Source: Takakia lepidozioides (Eukaryota; Plantae; Bryophyta). From it: a stretch of DNA of 64,000 nucleotides. The position numbers and the translations under genes are program-made. The DNA lies in NCBI GenBank assembly GCA_030704615.1, contig CM060732.1, forward strand, positions 29,016,001 to 29,080,000, written 5' to 3'. Each line of letters opens with the position of its first letter. Positions within the stretch are counted from its first letter, which is position 1. The notes beneath the pieces were generated by a model, which was given only the letters and a program-made list of their open reading frames with translations, was not told the DNA's origin and made no database searches. This document shows, piece after piece, positions 63,360 through 64,000 of the stretch.

Positions 63360-63660
63360 TTCGGGCATTCCACGATGTTATCAGCGAAGATCTGGTTCGG
63401 AACATGGTGAGAGCGGATAGGCTGCACAAATGTCAAGATGGGTCCTTCCTACGGGGGGCACAGGAGAAAAGCCCCTGATTCGTGCAGACGTTCATGGAGC
63501 TCTGTTCACCAGAAGGAGGAGCAGTGGTGGATCTGACATCGGGATGCGGGGCGTCAATAGTCGCTCCAAGTGTTTGCCGTAGGCATTTGCTGGCGATGGA
63601 GGGGGATGAGGAGCTCCTTCGAGGGAGGCTTTGTGGATTACAACGGGTCGCACCAACGAT
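63360..63660 (+). pseudogene. Fragment resembling the SAM-binding part of an N4-C/N6-A DNA amino-methyltransferase
   Basis: RGAQEKSP*FVQTFMELCSPEGGAVVDLTSGCGASIVA..CRRHLLAMEGD resembles the beta-class pattern KP..L...S..GD.VLD.F.G.GTT..A...GR...E.D. Confidence 0.5.
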
Positions 63661-64000
63661 GGAGATCCACACAGACACTAGCATGGTCCAAATTACTCCA
63701 ATTATATTTTCTCTTTGAAATCGACTGGTTTATAATAGACATTCCACAGTTTTTTCCAAATATAAATTTCCTCTTCGAAATCGGTTGGTTTAGGTCGGTG
63801 CCGACTATGCACTCTTTGACCATTGATTTTTACATGTGCACTAGTTTTTCTCACTTAAACTTGGAGCTCACATGAGCTCATATTTAGTTGGAATTCGTAT
63901 TAGTGTCTACTGCATGTCATACGATCCCAAGCATTTCTTCAAAATCGTGAGGGTCCAGTCGTTGGCATTTCTGTGGCTTTTGTGTTCATGTAACAATGAT

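Overview
Repeat-dense nuclear DNA from a eukaryote, most likely a non-flowering land plant such as a fern, lycophyte or bryophyte. That assignment is inferred from spliced genes, an ORAI homologue, a squalene-hopene cyclase and a PLS-type PPR fragment. Most of the window is nested transposons: two MULE/SWIM transposase genes with palindromic subterminal repeats, several Ty3/gypsy fragments, a non-autonomous CACTA element with TIRs and a TAA target-site duplication (TSD), a chromovirus deletion derivative with a TGCTT TSD, several 5'-truncated copies of one LINE family, and tandem repeats. Host genes reconstructed by eye are a multi-exon PfkB-family kinase (minus strand, 25.6-34.5 kb), an ORAI-like channel (plus strand, 38.7-43.5 kb), a putative plastid-targeted gene, a squalene-hopene cyclase remnant and a RING-H2 ORF; most look damaged. 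The standout is a ~9 kb Ty3/gypsy retrotransposon (50.4-59.7 kb, minus strand). Its polyprotein reads Gag-protease-[DNMT3-like C5 cytosine methyltransferase]-RT-RNaseH-integrase-[PHD finger], and it ends in an 85-bp LTR. A second PHD+PPT+85-bp-LTR end of the same family lies at 14.7-15.2 kb. All calls come from manual reading of the sequence; no database searches were run.
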